Below the pieces are notes generated by a model. It was not told the DNA's origin and made no database searches. It saw only the letters and a program-made list of their open reading frames with translations. 64,000 bases of DNA. Source: Octopus vulgaris (lineage: Eukaryota). The stretch is from assembly GCA_951406725.2 (NCBI GenBank), contig OX597815.1, positions 128,774,001-128,838,000 of the forward strand, in the 5' to 3' direction. Shown here piece by piece: positions 50,630 through 64,000 of this stretch (position 1 is its first letter; each line of letters begins with the position of its first letter). The translations under genes were made by a program, and so were the position numbers.

Positions 50630-51439
50630 ATAAGATTTTTTTAAATATTGAAAAATTATGAGGGTCTAGAAGAGTATAATAGGGACCAAAGGGGCCACAA
50701 AAAAAAAAAATGGTTGAGAACCACTACTTTAAAAAGTAAGCTTAAGGCTACATTATTCAGTGTGACTTCTCATTATTTAAGATAGTAAGAGTTCAATTTG
50801 AGAGAGGTTTGTCAAGCAAAGTTTGCAACCACATACAGGTTGTCTGAATCTTTACAAATCAGTTAAATGGTTTTCTCTTGGATGTTGTCTAATATATTTC
50901 TGTGTGTATCAGCATTGTTTTTTGATATGCTGTGGACATTAATATGATCCTGTTGTCTTCTACATCTTCTAAGCGTGGCACTGCAGGGAATGACAAGCTG
51001 GAGGCAGGGCAGCGGGAGTGTGCCATTTTGTTTCTTACTTTTTTGTGACTTTCAACCCTTGGCTTAGTTCATAACAAAGACTTGACAAGATAAACTTAGT
51101 TGATACCTGATAGTCATAAAAAAAGTCTTTGTTTTTTTTATTGTAAAAGGTTTGTAGTGTAATTTAAGTCTCAGTATTAAATAAAGGTGTAGGCTTGGCT
51201 GTGTTGCAAGGATGTTCAGTTCACAATGATGTCGTTGTGGGTTCAAGTCCACTAGGCAGTACCATGGGCTGGTGTTTTCTGCCATGGCTTTTGATTGACA
51301 AATACCTTGTGAGTGGAACCTGGTACACAAACACTCCATAAAAGCTTGTTGTATATGTATATACATGTGTATCTTTTACTGGTTTCAGCCCAGGGCTGAG
51401 GTCATGCTGGTGCACCACCTGTAGTTACTCGGTGTTGTT

Positions 51440-52325
51440 TCCGATATTATTTTTGGTGAAGTAGTGAGTTGGACGAAGCTGCTCTTCTTTGCGTCTTCTG
51501 CCGCAATGTGGGTTCATCTGGTATCTCAGATAGAAACCTGTCCAGACATTCCTTGGAAACTTCCACATCAACACCATGTAGATCTCTAAGGTTGTCTGGA
51601 AGGATGTTGAACAATTGCAGGCCCTTGAAATTCAGACTATTGTAGTACTGTGTCATTTTAGATGAGGAAGATGGGATCTTTGGTATGATGCAGTGCCGTC
51701 CAGTTCAAGGATTGGTATAGCTGTCAATTCCAAAATTGGGAGCTAAACCCTCCAAGATCTTCCAAATATATATCCCTGCATATATCTCTCATCTTCTCTC
51801 CAGGGAATAGAGACTCAGCCTCTCCCAGTAGTGCATCTTTTGCATCAAGTTAGCCTTTTGTGTATTGGTGCTGGATTGCTTCAAGTTCCACAGTTTGTTT
51901 CACACTCTCTGGGGCTAGTAGTCCAAGTAGTTGAGAATGAAAGTCCTCCATAGGAGTAGCAGGGCCTCCCTTTTCCTGGTTCTGAATATCCTCAGAATCC
52001 ATCCAGCGACTCACCTGCACAGTGTCGCCATCTTGGTAATATGCACATGGAATGTTTCATCATTGCTCATGTGAACCTCCAGGCCATACACTGACTGTGA
52101 CTCTGGGATCATATTACCTCTTGATCCAGTTTATTTTGATTTTAGCCTGGTGTTGGACCAATAGTGGAGTGCCTGAAGTTTCATAGCATTGAACAGCATG
52201 TTATTTTTGTTAACCCATTTGTATATTTCATTTGGATCTTTCTGCAGTTTTATGATGTCCTCTTGGTTCCTAACTGCCTTCAATATTTTTGTGTCGTCAG
52301 CATAACTGGTCAAATTGGCTGACTG
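51440..52325 (-). mobile_element. CR1/L2-like LINE RT 3' fragment
   Basis: TSYADDTKI catalytic motif and GLQLFNILPDNLRD...LDRFLSEIPDEP C-terminal motif. Confidence 0.8.
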
Positions 52326-53033
52326 CTATGTGTATAAATGTCTGTATTTATATGTATATCTTGTGTTGATGAGTATCAAAGACATAAACATCAAAAAGAA
52401 AACTCATAAAACCAGTGTTTTCAAACACCATTACCATGAACTGTTTTTGTTCCTGTTGAGTTTTTTCATTAATGGTCCAGAGGAAAAGGACTGTACGCAT
52501 GACCTTAGAGACCCTCTAACACTGGTGAGATTAATGCTGTAAACATTCTTCTTGAGCTGTTGCAAGTCATCAGTTGCAGGGAAAACACACATAGTGATGG
52601 AATACCAGAGGGATAATATCCTAGGTAAGAAGGAATAGGTATATTGGTTATTGTGAGGCATGACTAGAAGTGGACACAGTATGGGGGATGAGAAGAAGAG
52701 AGATTAGAGCCACGAATGTATGAGCAGAGGTGGTATGAGACCTACCAGCTTCCAAAGTGTAGAAACCACTGTTGTAGTAGTGGTGGTAGAAAAGCATGTC
52801 TATTTGCCAGAAATTGGAGTGTGTTTGGGAGAAACTTCATTATTTGGGTGGCCTTTCTTTTGTCTAAACCACCAGAATCAATAGTGTTACTAATCAGAGA
52901 GAAGTTCATCAGGATATGCTGTAGCAATGTGAGCTGAGAGGAAGCCACCAATCCAGATGAAGGTGGATGGAGCATGTTGACTGGAACCTCTGACTAGATA
53001 CTTGTGTGCTAGACACAATTAAAAGCTGTGTTG

Positions 53034-53412
53034 TTCTTGTACTTGTTTCAGTCATTTGACTGCAGCCATACTGGGGCACCACCTTGAAGAAATTTTAGTT
53101 GAAAGAATCAACCCCAGTACTTGTTTTTTTTTAAAGCCTAGTTCTTATTCTATCATTCCCTTTTATTGAACCTCTAAGTTATGGGAACATAAACACACCA
53201 ACACTGGATGTCAAGCAGTGGTGGGTGAAACACATAAAGACACACACATCTATGATGGGCTTCTTTTCAGTTTCCATCTACCAAATCCACCTACAAAGCT
53301 TTGGTTGGCCAGAGGCTGTAGTAGAAGGCACTTGCTCAATGTGTTATGAAGTGGGACTGAACCCAGAACCATATGGTTGGGAAGCAAACATCTTACCACA
53401 CAGCCATGCCTG
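53034..53412 (-). mobile_element. SINE family A
   Basis: Full-length, diverged copy. Confidence 0.8.
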
Positions 53413-56369
53413 TACCTATGTTATGTTGAGGAAAACAACATAGCAGTCACAAAATTTCTTGAAAGCAGGAGCCTATTGGTTAGTAATATAGGAAAGTAGA
53501 TCTCCAACAGAGAGCTAACAGCAAAGATAAATGTTTTCACTTTACGAATATTGCTTAGAACCATCATGGTTGTTGAGAAATGGAGGAAAGGAGGATTCCA
53601 CACAGTTTTTAAAGATCCTTTTGGTAAATGACTAAAAAGATCAGCTACAGTTTGGAAGTTGGCTGTGCTTATGGGTGTGTGTGTGTGATACATGGAGACA
53701 TCCTTCATGGTTTGGATGAGAGTTTGCAGGACTCTCAGTGTTGGATAAGAGCTGTCTTTATATCAAATTCCTTGTGGTACATGTATGCCACTGAATGATT
53801 CACTGGAAACCTGTAACCAGTGATGGTATCATTCTCAAAATACATGATGTAAAATACATAAAGTGTGACAATTCATGTTGAAGGTTTTAATTTTTGTCTT
53901 TGGTGTTCTTCTGTATTTTGCATCTGATTAAGGCAGATGGAAGAAATTGATTGATTTCATTTTGATATGAAAGGACAAAAAAAAAAAAGCAAATATTTAG
54001 ACACAAAGAAAAAGAAAACATTTGTTCCTCACCTGGATTTGATTTTTTTTTTTGTATTTGTTTGTTGATAGTTTACTTTAATAGCAATTTCTGTGTTTGC
54101 GAACATGAGCATGCAAACCACACAACTACAGACACACTTAAACATACATATACGTGTACATAGAAAAAAAAATTCAGATACATATATTGGCATATTTCAG
54201 ACAAGTAAGCCTAAAAATCGATTAAAACAAACTTTACATATATTACTTTAAAAAAAATAAATCAATATGAAAAAATTGATTTTTGTTATAAAACATTTTT
54301 TTCTTTTCATGCTTTTTTATTGTTTTATTTATTTTTTAAAATATTTTTAATGTTTTGGTTTCAGTTTTTACATTAGTTGGAAAGAAATCAAAATATATTG
54401 AAGACTTATTGTATTGCTCAGGAAATTTAAACATGAACTTGGAATCTTGCTTTTTTGACTTTGTAATTTCATTTTTCTGATAGACTCCATTACAATATTA
54501 ATGTAGACATTTAATGTTATTCATATCGAAAAAGGTAACACAATCTTTTCTAAACTGACGTATATTTACTAATTTTCATTAACAGTGTATGTAATCTTTT
54601 AAACAACTCATGAAGAAAGAAAAAATTCATTATAATAAATAATTTTATGTTAATTTGATTAATCCGAAAGATAGAATTAACAACTTTAAATTAACACAGA
54701 AATATATAGCTTAAAAGATTATCTAAAAAATATGGGTAAAGTTAAATCATTTCTCCCCACCTATTTTTTATTTAAGAGTTTTTTGTTAAAAAGTAATAAA
54801 CTGGAGAATAAGTCAGTTAGAAGTGTTGAGCTCTTTTATATACCATTAAACATATTTTTATAAAATGATATCTCTTCCTGAAAAACTGAACTGTTTTGAT
54901 TTTTCTCTCTTCATAATTATGTAGTTAATTATTTGAAAAGCAAAGAGTCACTTAAGATCTTTTTCTATAGATCTCATTATCTCATTTTTTTTTCTTTTAA
55001 AATTGCAGTACTTTTGTTTGTTGTATCATAACGGAGCAGGGTGGCGGGGATAAGCTGATATTCATAAGGCCTCAAGGGATAAAGAACATTTTGATAGATA
55101 TTGCACCCATTTCCATAAGATTTCTGGAAGAATTCCATAAGAAATTACTACAGGTAGAACAAGATTCGAAACGGCAATTATCCCATTCCTAATTGGAGTC
55201 TTAAAAATTGAATTAAATACATAATGAATACTCGAAGAAGAATATGTTTAGACTTGAGAGGGTTTTCTGTTGCTCGGGATCCTTGGTCAGAAATATTTCA
55301 GTTTAACCATTATATTATGCAAAGACAGAGAATTGAGATTTGTTACCATCATTAAATCACTCCCTTTTTTTCAATAACTTTGGTATATTGAGATACATTT
55401 TTTGGCATATAATATAATTTTATATATTATAACAATATAATATTATATGATATAATTAAAATTATAACAATATATTGTGTATTATAATGTATAATTTTAC
55501 AATATTATATATTATAATAATATATAACAGACACAAGAAATTATTTTCAATTACATATAAATCTTTTAAATTTGCAAGTTGTCTTAAAAGACCTTTTTCT
55601 CTGTAGAATTCTTTTTTAGGTGACATATTTGCTTCTGTTACAAAGACCATTTGTTGTGTGTTTTTCTGATGTATAAGCATCATAAAACCTAGCTTATAAA
55701 ACTTTAACAGAAGGAATAGTCTGTTTAATCATCAGTTAATATACAGACATTTCTCTGATGATATTTATTCCATTTATCAGTTATATTATTTAAAGGAAAA
55801 AAAAAAAGATGACAGAAAACAAAAAATAACCAGTTAATCAAAATAAAGACCTTATACATCTAAAATGGTATCAACAATAGTGTTTTATACCCCTTTATCC
55901 ATTGATTCAAAGGAGTTAGGGATCTTTTTGCCATATATGTAGTAAACCAGTGTCTTCTTATTTATTCTTTGTATCTCTTGATATAAAATGACATTTGTAA
56001 GAAGCTGCTGATGGTTGAATATCTTGGGGAAATAAATAGACGTGCTTCCTCTACAATTACATTTTCAATTAAAAAACAAATATGATGGCTAAATATTAAT
56101 GAGTTAAATATAATAAAGCTACTTTATAATACTTTGTGTTGATTATTGATTGTTTGAATTAAAAAAGTATGACATTATTGTCATATCATATGTATCAGTC
56201 TTAACTGATGGCTTTATCTTATATACTTATTACTTTTCTGAAATGATAACCTTATAATTGTTCTACTATAAGGATATCTTTTAAAAAATAAATATCAGCA
56301 GTAATAGTAATAATAATAATAATGATAATAATAATAACTGTAATAAAGGCTTAATTGTTTTTGAGAGTC

Positions 56370-56500
56370 CTATACAAAAACAGTTCCATTTGAATTATCT
56401 GTATATGTTGGTTTCATTTTAGCCACATTGTCACTTTGTTCAGTACTTGTTGAGGAGGACATTGCCAATGATTGGTCACTCGGTTCACCAATACTGCCTT
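56370..56500 (-). CDS. Probable terminal coding exon of the acidic-exon gene
   Basis: Strong acceptor (T)n-gtcttgtccag. Phase 1 gives (E)GSIGEPSDQSLAMSSSTSTEQSDNVAKMKPTYTDNSNGTVFV*. Followed by AT-rich, repeat-poor sequence consistent with a 3' UTR. Confidence 0.75.
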
Positions 56501-58062
56501 CTGGACAAGACAAAAAAAAAAAATTTAAATATCATCTTCATGTTTTTCAGACAAAAAAACTCAACATCTCTTAGAATATCAAAAAGATATTTGGTACATA
56601 ATATACTGTATTTGAAAGCATAAAAGATACATGGGCATATTAGATGCACTACAATTTCAGTAGTGCATATTTATGAAAAAAAAAAAAAAGTGAGTATCAG
56701 GGACAAAATTAACTTATGAGAGGCCCAATTTAGACATTTTGGCCCCAGGGTGACATTTTGAAACTTTTTTTTTAAAGTGTACCTTCTATGCCATCAAATA
56801 TGATAATATATAAATTAACATTTCAACAAATTTCTTTTGGTCATAAATTGAATTTTCAAATTTAAAATACTTTTATCACACATACCCTATTTATAATACT
56901 TTAATATAATAAAGCTACTTTAATACAATTAAGCATATGTTGATTGCACATTGATTTTTCTGCACAGGGTAAGAAATTCTGAGTAACAATGGAGTGAGTC
57001 ATTGACTTCAAACAGTTAAATAAACTCAGTTACATATATCAAATATTTGATCTTGCGTTTGCTTACCTAAACTTAATACCTATATATACTTTTATCTTTT
57101 ACTTGTTTCAGTCATTGGACTGTGGCCATACCGAGGGTTTAGCTGAACAAATCAACCCAGTACTAACTTTTTTTAACCAATAAGTTATGGGAATGTAAAT
57201 AAACTAACACTGATTGTCAAGCAGTGATGGGAGGAAAACATACATACATGCTTTCACACAGTTTCTATCAAACTCACTCACAAAGCATTGGTCAGCCTGA
57301 GACTGTAGTAGAAGACACTTACCACAGTGGGATTGAACCTGAAACCATATGGTTTGCAAGGCAGGTTAACAAAGACAAATAAAGGCATATTAAAATACCA
57401 GACAAGATGAATTATTGATTTATTGAAATTATTTTTAAGAGAAAGTAAACAAATGCTTAGTGGCAATTGCAACTGACTTCAAAGGAAAAATGTAAGTAAA
57501 CTCCATTTGTTTCATCTTAATTCTATAGTGATAAATAAATCTATCCTGGTTAGGATGTCAATTTAAATCATATAATATTCCTAGATAATCTGGCACCTGT
57601 TATGAACAGCAAATATGATCCAGCTTTGAAGAATTTAAGTGTTGCACTCAAATACACAATAAAACATAAGTATTGGATTTTAACTTAATACTTATGAGGG
57701 GGTAGGTTAATTCCATAATCACCTGGAATGGTGCTTCGACTATACATACAAATAGATATGAAAACAAAAGGTTGCTACCCAATTTATTGGCATGAAATGA
57801 CTCACTGACACAAATACAGGGTGTCTCTTAAATGTGCTTCTTTATTTACTGATGGTGCCAAAGTTAGACAGGAGATACATTGAGGTAAGAAGTGTAAGTA
57901 GCATTCAAAGCAGTGTGGGTCATCTGACCATCAAACATGAAGCAAATCACTCCAGGAGTCAAACCAAAGTGGATCAATAAATACTCTGGCTAAAGCTTCT
58001 AAATGAAAATCATTATATCAAGATGCCTCTTTGCCAGAAGAGATGTTGAAAAACTGCAGGTT

Positions 58063-58355
58063 TTGTTGTTGTTGTTCCTTCTTGAGCCACGCCTGGCTCA
58101 AAGGGCCAGTTTCTCGGTTTCCTTGGCGTATAGGTTCCCCACCTGGATAGGATGTCAGTCCATCGCAGGTGAGCTGCAAGAGGAAAGAGTGAGAGAAAGT
58201 TGTGGTGAAAGAGTCAGTTCACCATTACCTTCTGCCAGAGCCATGTGGAGCTAAGGTGTTTCGCTCATAAACACACACATCACCCAGTCTGAGATTCGAA
58301 CCCGCGATCCCTCAACTGTAAGTTTGCCGATCTAACCACTAGGCCATGTGCCTCC
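58063..58355 (-). mobile_element. tRNA-derived SINE family D
   Basis: Minus strand tggcctagtggttag...ggttcgaatc with an (aac)n tail. Confidence 0.75.
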
Positions 58356-58870
58356 AAGCAGGTTTTGTGACTTAATCCAAATGAGGAGACCAATTTTAAA
58401 ATTTATGAAGAGTAAGTTAAGATTGAATGTCTATGGTTAACTAATAGTCAGTGAAACCAGTAAGCAGGCTCTCACATCAGTGTGTGGGGGCTATTGCACT
58501 GTAAAGCTGTTGAGAAGAAGGTCCCAAAATGGTGCACATGCTCTCTTGATGACCCCTGAAGCCTAATGGAGTTTGGTATGTGAGGCTTTCAATTGGCAGC
58601 ATTTGCACAAACAAGGTGTTTGCAAGTCACCCTTCTGCTCCTCAGAGCTGGATGATCTCAGGACACTTCTACTCAAACTCAGCTGACTCACTTGTGTTTT
58701 GTCTTATCATCATTTATATTGAGTTCACTCACAAAGCACCATAAATCTAGTCCATCCTTCTTCCTCAGAATGTTGTCCCTCTTGAAATTTCTTCCTTGCC
58801 CATGTTTTTTCCTACAGTGATCAAATTGATAAATTCTTTATGTATTGATATTACATTTCCTTTGAAATGT

Positions 58871-59250
58871 AGTGGCTGTGTAGTAAGTACCTTGCTTACC
58901 AACCATATGGCTCCAGGTTCAGTTCCATTGCATGCTACCTTGGGCAAGTGTCTTCTACTATAGCCTCAGGCTAACCAAAGCCTTGTGAGTGGATTTGGTA
59001 GACGGAAACTGAAAGAAGCCTGTCGTATATATATATATATATTTATATATGTGTGTGTCTGTCCCCACACAATCGCTTGACACCTGACGTTTGTGTGTTT
59101 ACATCCCCGTAACTTAGCAGTTCGGCAAAAGAGTCCAACAGAATAAGTACTAGGCTTACAAAGAATAAGTCCTGTGGTTGATTTGTTCAACTAAAAACAG
59201 TGCTCCAGCATGGCTGCAGTCAAATGACTGAAACAAATAAAAGAATAAAA
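58871..59250 (+). mobile_element. SINE family A
   Basis: Plus-strand copy, inverted relative to the diverged copy at about 57095-57360. Confidence 0.85.
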
Positions 59251-59400
59251 AAATCTTTGGTAACAGATGTGACCAACTCTGAAAAAGGGAGATAATTTGC
59301 AAGATCAAAAATTCTCTGTAATTGACATGCAATTAAGGATAAGACAGCTGTGGTCATGTTTCTGCCTCAAGAGGCATCATCAGCACAGCAGTTGTCTTAC

Positions 59401-59434
59401 CTAGATTCCAGTAGACATAAGACTTATACATATA
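59401..59434 (-). CDS. Candidate 34-nt cassette exon carrying an in-frame stop (alternative C-terminus ...DEVYV*)
   Basis: cattctttcag|TATATGTATAA...CTAG|gtaaga. Joined in phase 1 to the acidic exon it gives GTA TAT GTA TAA. Confidence 0.55.
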
Positions 59435-59951
59435 CTGAAAGAATGTGTATGCATACATACACTTTGAGTGTGTGTGTGTGTTAGAAATACAGCAGATAAT
59501 TACACATAAATTCTCTTACAAATAGTTAAATTGAAAAGTGATCCTATTTGAACAAACAAAACTAAAAGAGAACATTAACTATGTTGATTACATTATTCTT
59601 AGATAAACTTCAAATGCCATGGGCAGAGCCCACTCCTTCATACCAAACAATACCAAAAAAGATAATAAAAACTTGGCCATGTTGCTGTCACTAATAAATG
59701 TGATGATAAAGGTCAGTTCATCATTTTAAGTGCAACTGTAGATAAATATATTTTTAAAATGTTATATTATTTTGTATTTCTGGGTGCATATTATTTGATA
59801 TGTCTAGTTTAAAGAGAAAGATCAACTCCACTAAGGTTACTCATTTCAGGTATACTACAACTACAGCTAATACTACATAAAGACAGACTTCTGTGGTGAT
59901 CCAATAGTCCAATACACTACAATAAATTATAATGAACTCACCATTATGTTA

Positions 59952-59998
<47 letters not shown>

Positions 59999-60344
59999 CT
60001 TATGTTTTTGTTTTTTGCCAACTTATAACAAAAACAATTTAGCATTAAACTGAAGAATTACTCAATACTTTTTGTAGAGTACATATTTCTTATAGTTTTA
60101 TAAGAAGTGGAGTAATATTGACTTTGAAGTTATGACCTGCTAGTCTTTGTCAGATGAAAGCCAGCAGGCCTAAACTTACAAGTTACTATCACCCCTCTTC
60201 TTGTAAAAATATTATCTATCTATTTATCTATACATACTTTATTTAAGGTTTAACAAGGCTACCATTGGTTTCATGCTGAGAATTCTCAGCAATTATCATG
60301 CCTTTCACATGCAATGTTGGTACTTGCCTCTATTTTAGATGAGA

Positions 60345-60514
60345 ACATACATACATACATACATACATACATACATACATACATACATACATACATACAT
60401 ACATACATACATACATACATACATACATACATACATACATACATGCATGCATGCATATGTATGTATGCATACATACATACATGCATGCATGCATATGTAT
60501 GTATACATACATAC
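60345..60514. repeat. (ACAT)n tetranucleotide repeat with degenerate (GCAT)/(GTAT) extension
   Basis: Direct reading. Confidence 0.95.
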
Positions 60515-61758
60515 AATTTACATTTTGACCAAATACTACAAGATGCATTAGAATCAAATTTGTAGGGTACAAAATTATGATACAATAGGACTTTAGTGAC
60601 TGTTTTATATAATTCAGGATTTCAATAAACACAATGAAAACTTATTAAAAATATTGTAGCTTCATATATTGGATTTTCCTTTTCTTTTTTCCTGAGGAAA
60701 TAGAAATAGTGTATATGTAAATAAAATTAAAGCTGGATGAAAACTTTCTCAAGTGCAGTATTAAGTAGAAAAGCCTGTTGTAAATATTACCACAAAAAGA
60801 AAATGTTAAAAGCCAATATAATATATTTAAAAAATAAAAGTGATAGTAACTATAATTTATTTCTGTTCAGTGAGAAGATGATAAATACAACTATTAATGA
60901 GGTGAGGAAAAAAGCCAATTTATAGCGAAAGCAGAGTTGAAATTTGTGAAAGCATTGAAGCTAGGTGAAGCTGTGAAAAGCTTAGCTAAGCAAAGAAGCT
61001 GAAGAAAAACAAGGGGAATTAAGCAAAGCTTGTGTCTTGTAGAAATAAAGTGAAAAAGAGAAAAAAACAAAAACAAAAAAAAAACCTATATTTTTCTAGG
61101 GCACTATATCTAGGCAAAGCATTGACAAATGTTACAGGGACAACAACGTGATCAATTGTTATTGATATATCTATGTTCCAGCTTGAGTCATTCTTTATAA
61201 TACATTGTATGTGCATATGTATACTACATACACATATAAATGTGTGTGTGTATGTATACATACATGTACATGTATTACTGGCAGTTATTCTATAGGAGAA
61301 TAAAGAACTGGAGAATAGACTCTAGAAAGGCTGTCATTGTTGAATGAGTAATACAAAGTTCCAGTTAATAATATTTTAGCAGTCCTGCAACTCTACTTGA
61401 CAAACTCTTTAAAGTTTGGGTCAAGTAAGTCAAAATCATTTCAGGCTAATTAGCTTTTACAAGTTCCCCACCACCAGCTTGAAAATCAGCTCTTAGTAAT
61501 TTGACAATTCTTGGAAAACAACTAAAACTATGATATACAGCTGAAAATATAGATAATTAATGAGATAAAACCTGCTAATAAAAAACGCTGGAAGTATTAT
61601 TTTGTTGATATGTTGGCATTAATGTAATTTAATCTTTAATCCTTAATAATACATAAACCATTCACAAATAAAGAGAGACAACAACAAAAAATATATAAAT
61701 AAACCTGTTGTGTAACTAAGTAACAATTATATAAATATAAAGTGTTTGTATAGCTCAC

Positions 61759-63489
61759 CTTCATCATTGGTATTAGAATTCTGGAGATTATTAATTTCTA
61801 TATTGTTCACCTTGCTTTCTTCAGTATTATTTACTGGATGCAGTGTTGTCTCCTCCGATAAATCTTCTGCATCTAAGTCTGTTGTCATTATTTCTACAGA
61901 TGGTCCTTTTGCTTTAGCTTCCTCCATCATCCGAATGGTTTCCAATAAAACTTCTGGGTCAGACATATTTCTTTCATTAAGGTTAATTTTATATTGTGGT
62001 TCCTTGTTTTCTGTATTTTCAGTTAACTCTGAATGATTAAAACCATCATTGACTGAACTGTCTGGTACTAATTCCTCAACTGTTGCATCCATTACCTTTG
62101 TAGTATCCTCTTCTGTTGCTGTTTCATCAGAGCACATTTCAACTGAGAGACCTTGATGGTTTGATTCTACAATACATACCGTTTCACTTTCAGATAACAT
62201 TGATGAGGTATGATGGATGTCATCATCCAAATGACCTCTTATTTCAGTAATGCTTTCATCAAATTTTGATGTTTTGGAATCTAATGAGACATTGTCATCA
62301 TTTGGTATTTGCATATGTGTGATTTCTTGATCGACACTCTCCTCTAATGCACTCACAATTTCGTCACCATTGTTCAAAATGGTTTCCTCTGAATTTACAT
62401 CTTTGATTTCAGACATCATCTCAGTTTGGATGACCAGAGTAGATGGTGCTACTTCAGGTTCGCTCTTAATTTCACTCTCTACCTGCTCTATAGTATATCC
62501 AATTTCTGTTACTTCAACTACTTCTTGTTTTACTGCATCTTGTATTTCAATCTCATCTTTTCTGCTATCTTGTAATGGAGAGCTAGCATCAAGTGATAAA
62601 GAAGAAATTTCACACTCATCATTTTTGGGTTCATGACTTTCAAGATCTTCCAAATTTGCTGAAGCCACTTCGATGTTAGTAAATGTAATGTCAGGATTGG
62701 TCTGGGTACTGGCAATGAAATCAGTGTTTGTTGTATGTTCATCTTTGATATTATGACAGTCATCTACATGTACAGCCACTCCAACTGTTGATTCTTCTGT
62801 TTTTGATTCTCCTTTATTCTCAAGATTTAAAGCATCATTCTCAGATGACACAACTATTTTATTATCATTTTCTTCTTCAGTTTGATTGACAGGGATGACA
62901 TTTTGTGAATGTTCTACCAAATCCTCATCTTCTTTGAAGTTCAGGCATACTTCTGTAACTTCAACAGCTGATGTATGAATAATTTCATTTATTCCGTCCC
63001 CCTTTTCATTACAATCCTCTTGTGATTCTTTTAAGTCATCTTTCTTTTCATTTAAATCTACTTCTGCTTCTTTTAAATCATCCTGTTTTACATCTTCAGT
63101 TTCTTTTAAGATGTCCTGTTTTTCATTTATCATTTCTTTTAAATCATCATGATTTTCTTTTAAGTCATCTTGTTTTTCAATTAAGCCATCCTGCTTTTCA
63201 ACTGATTCAACTTGTTTTTCAATTGAGTCATCTTGTTTTTCATTGATGTCTCCCTTTATTTCTTTCAAGTCATGTATTTCATCATCTAATTTATCATGTT
63301 TCTTGCTCAGGTTACTATCTTCTTGATTCTTATTTGCAAGTGGTAGGTCAGATGTATTATTCAAGGGTTCACTATCATCCTTTGAAATACTGTCAGTGAG
63401 ATTGTTATCAATGCAGCTACTGGAGCTACGATCTGCTGCAGTTGAATTGTCATCAGATATAACATCTTGTAAATGATTTTCAACATTTT
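61759..63489 (-). CDS. Large internal exon of an unidentified gene encoding an acidic, low-complexity region
   Basis: 1731-nt open frame containing the 545-aa ORF of the track. Acceptor ttattttacag ends at 63490, donor G|GTGAGC at 61758. Phase 1-1, very E/D/N/S-rich. Upstream exons lie outside the window. Confidence 0.85.
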
Positions 63490-64000
63490 CTGTAAAATAA
63501 TTGGACTTTTAATAAAACAATCTCAGGTTATAGCTAAAGAAATAAAGTTAACATCTAAATTTGGCACAAGATCACACATAAAAAAAATCAATTTGCTTGA
63601 TCCAAACACATTACTGGTACTTGTTTTACCAGTCCTTAGGAGAATCAAAGGTAAAGCTGACCATGACTATTTGAACTCAAAATATAAAAGAATATTTAAA
63701 TAAAGTCACAAAACATTCTGTGTGGTACTTAACTGACTGTGCTATTCACCTTTCTATAAATAAGAAAAATAATAATATTGTATACAGAGCTCAGATGCAC
63801 TACAACTCACTTGAAAAGTAGTTGAAAGTGCATGAACAGTATATAGAATAATGCACAGGAAGAGAACAGTGAATGAGTCATTAAAAAAAGTGAGGGGCGA
63901 CATCAGATGTACGATTGGCAAATTTCAGGAGTATGGAAGTTTTGAAGGATGTAATGTCTCAACAGCTAACAACTGATATAGGTAATTTATTCTGAGCATG

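Larger units (their letters stand above)
49699..50726. mobile_element. hAT-type MITE containing a nested SINE and a fold-back element
   Basis: TIRs cagaggttctcaac / gttgagaaccacta. Perfect 8-bp TSD CTTTAAAA at 49691-49698 and 50727-50734. Confidence 0.85.

Noticed and set aside
60286-60632. ORFs rich in YVCM/HTYI (also the YI and HT repeats at 39.5, 44.3-44.9 and 50.0 kb)
   Set aside because: Translations of microsatellites.
61446-61540. Possible alternative terminal exon on the minus strand (AVYHSFSCFPR...KAN*) after a ttttcag acceptor
   Set aside because: Only an acceptor and a short open frame, with no independent support.

Overview
Eukaryotic, AT-rich, repeat-dense genomic DNA. The tRNA-derived SINE, RTE and Helitron landscape suggests a coleoid cephalopod (Octopus-like); that assignment is inference. 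Two protein-coding genes lie on the minus strand. (1) A complete six-coding-exon Na+/K+-ATPase beta-subunit gene (ATG 45155 to stop 3564, 298 aa, GT-AG introns in consistent phase, first intron about 25.7 kb). (2) The 3' end of an unidentified gene with a 1731-bp acidic exon, a terminal exon ending GTVFV*, and a candidate 34-nt cassette exon that would switch the C-terminus to DEVYV*. Introns and intergenic DNA hold a decayed full-length Gypsy-type LTR element, clusters of non-autonomous Helitrons, mariner relics, hAT and other MITEs, LINE fragments, many SINEs and microsatellites. The most notable signals: the LTR element has no tRNA primer-binding site, but a roughly 45-nt duplex between the LTR 5' region and the U5/leader suggests self-priming. 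Three families of fold-back, Penelope-like insertions carry minimal hammerhead ribozyme folds with different 3:8 core pairs. The Helitrons form head-to-tail and inverted arrays. All coordinates were read by eye; repeat boundaries are approximate unless a TSD is quoted.
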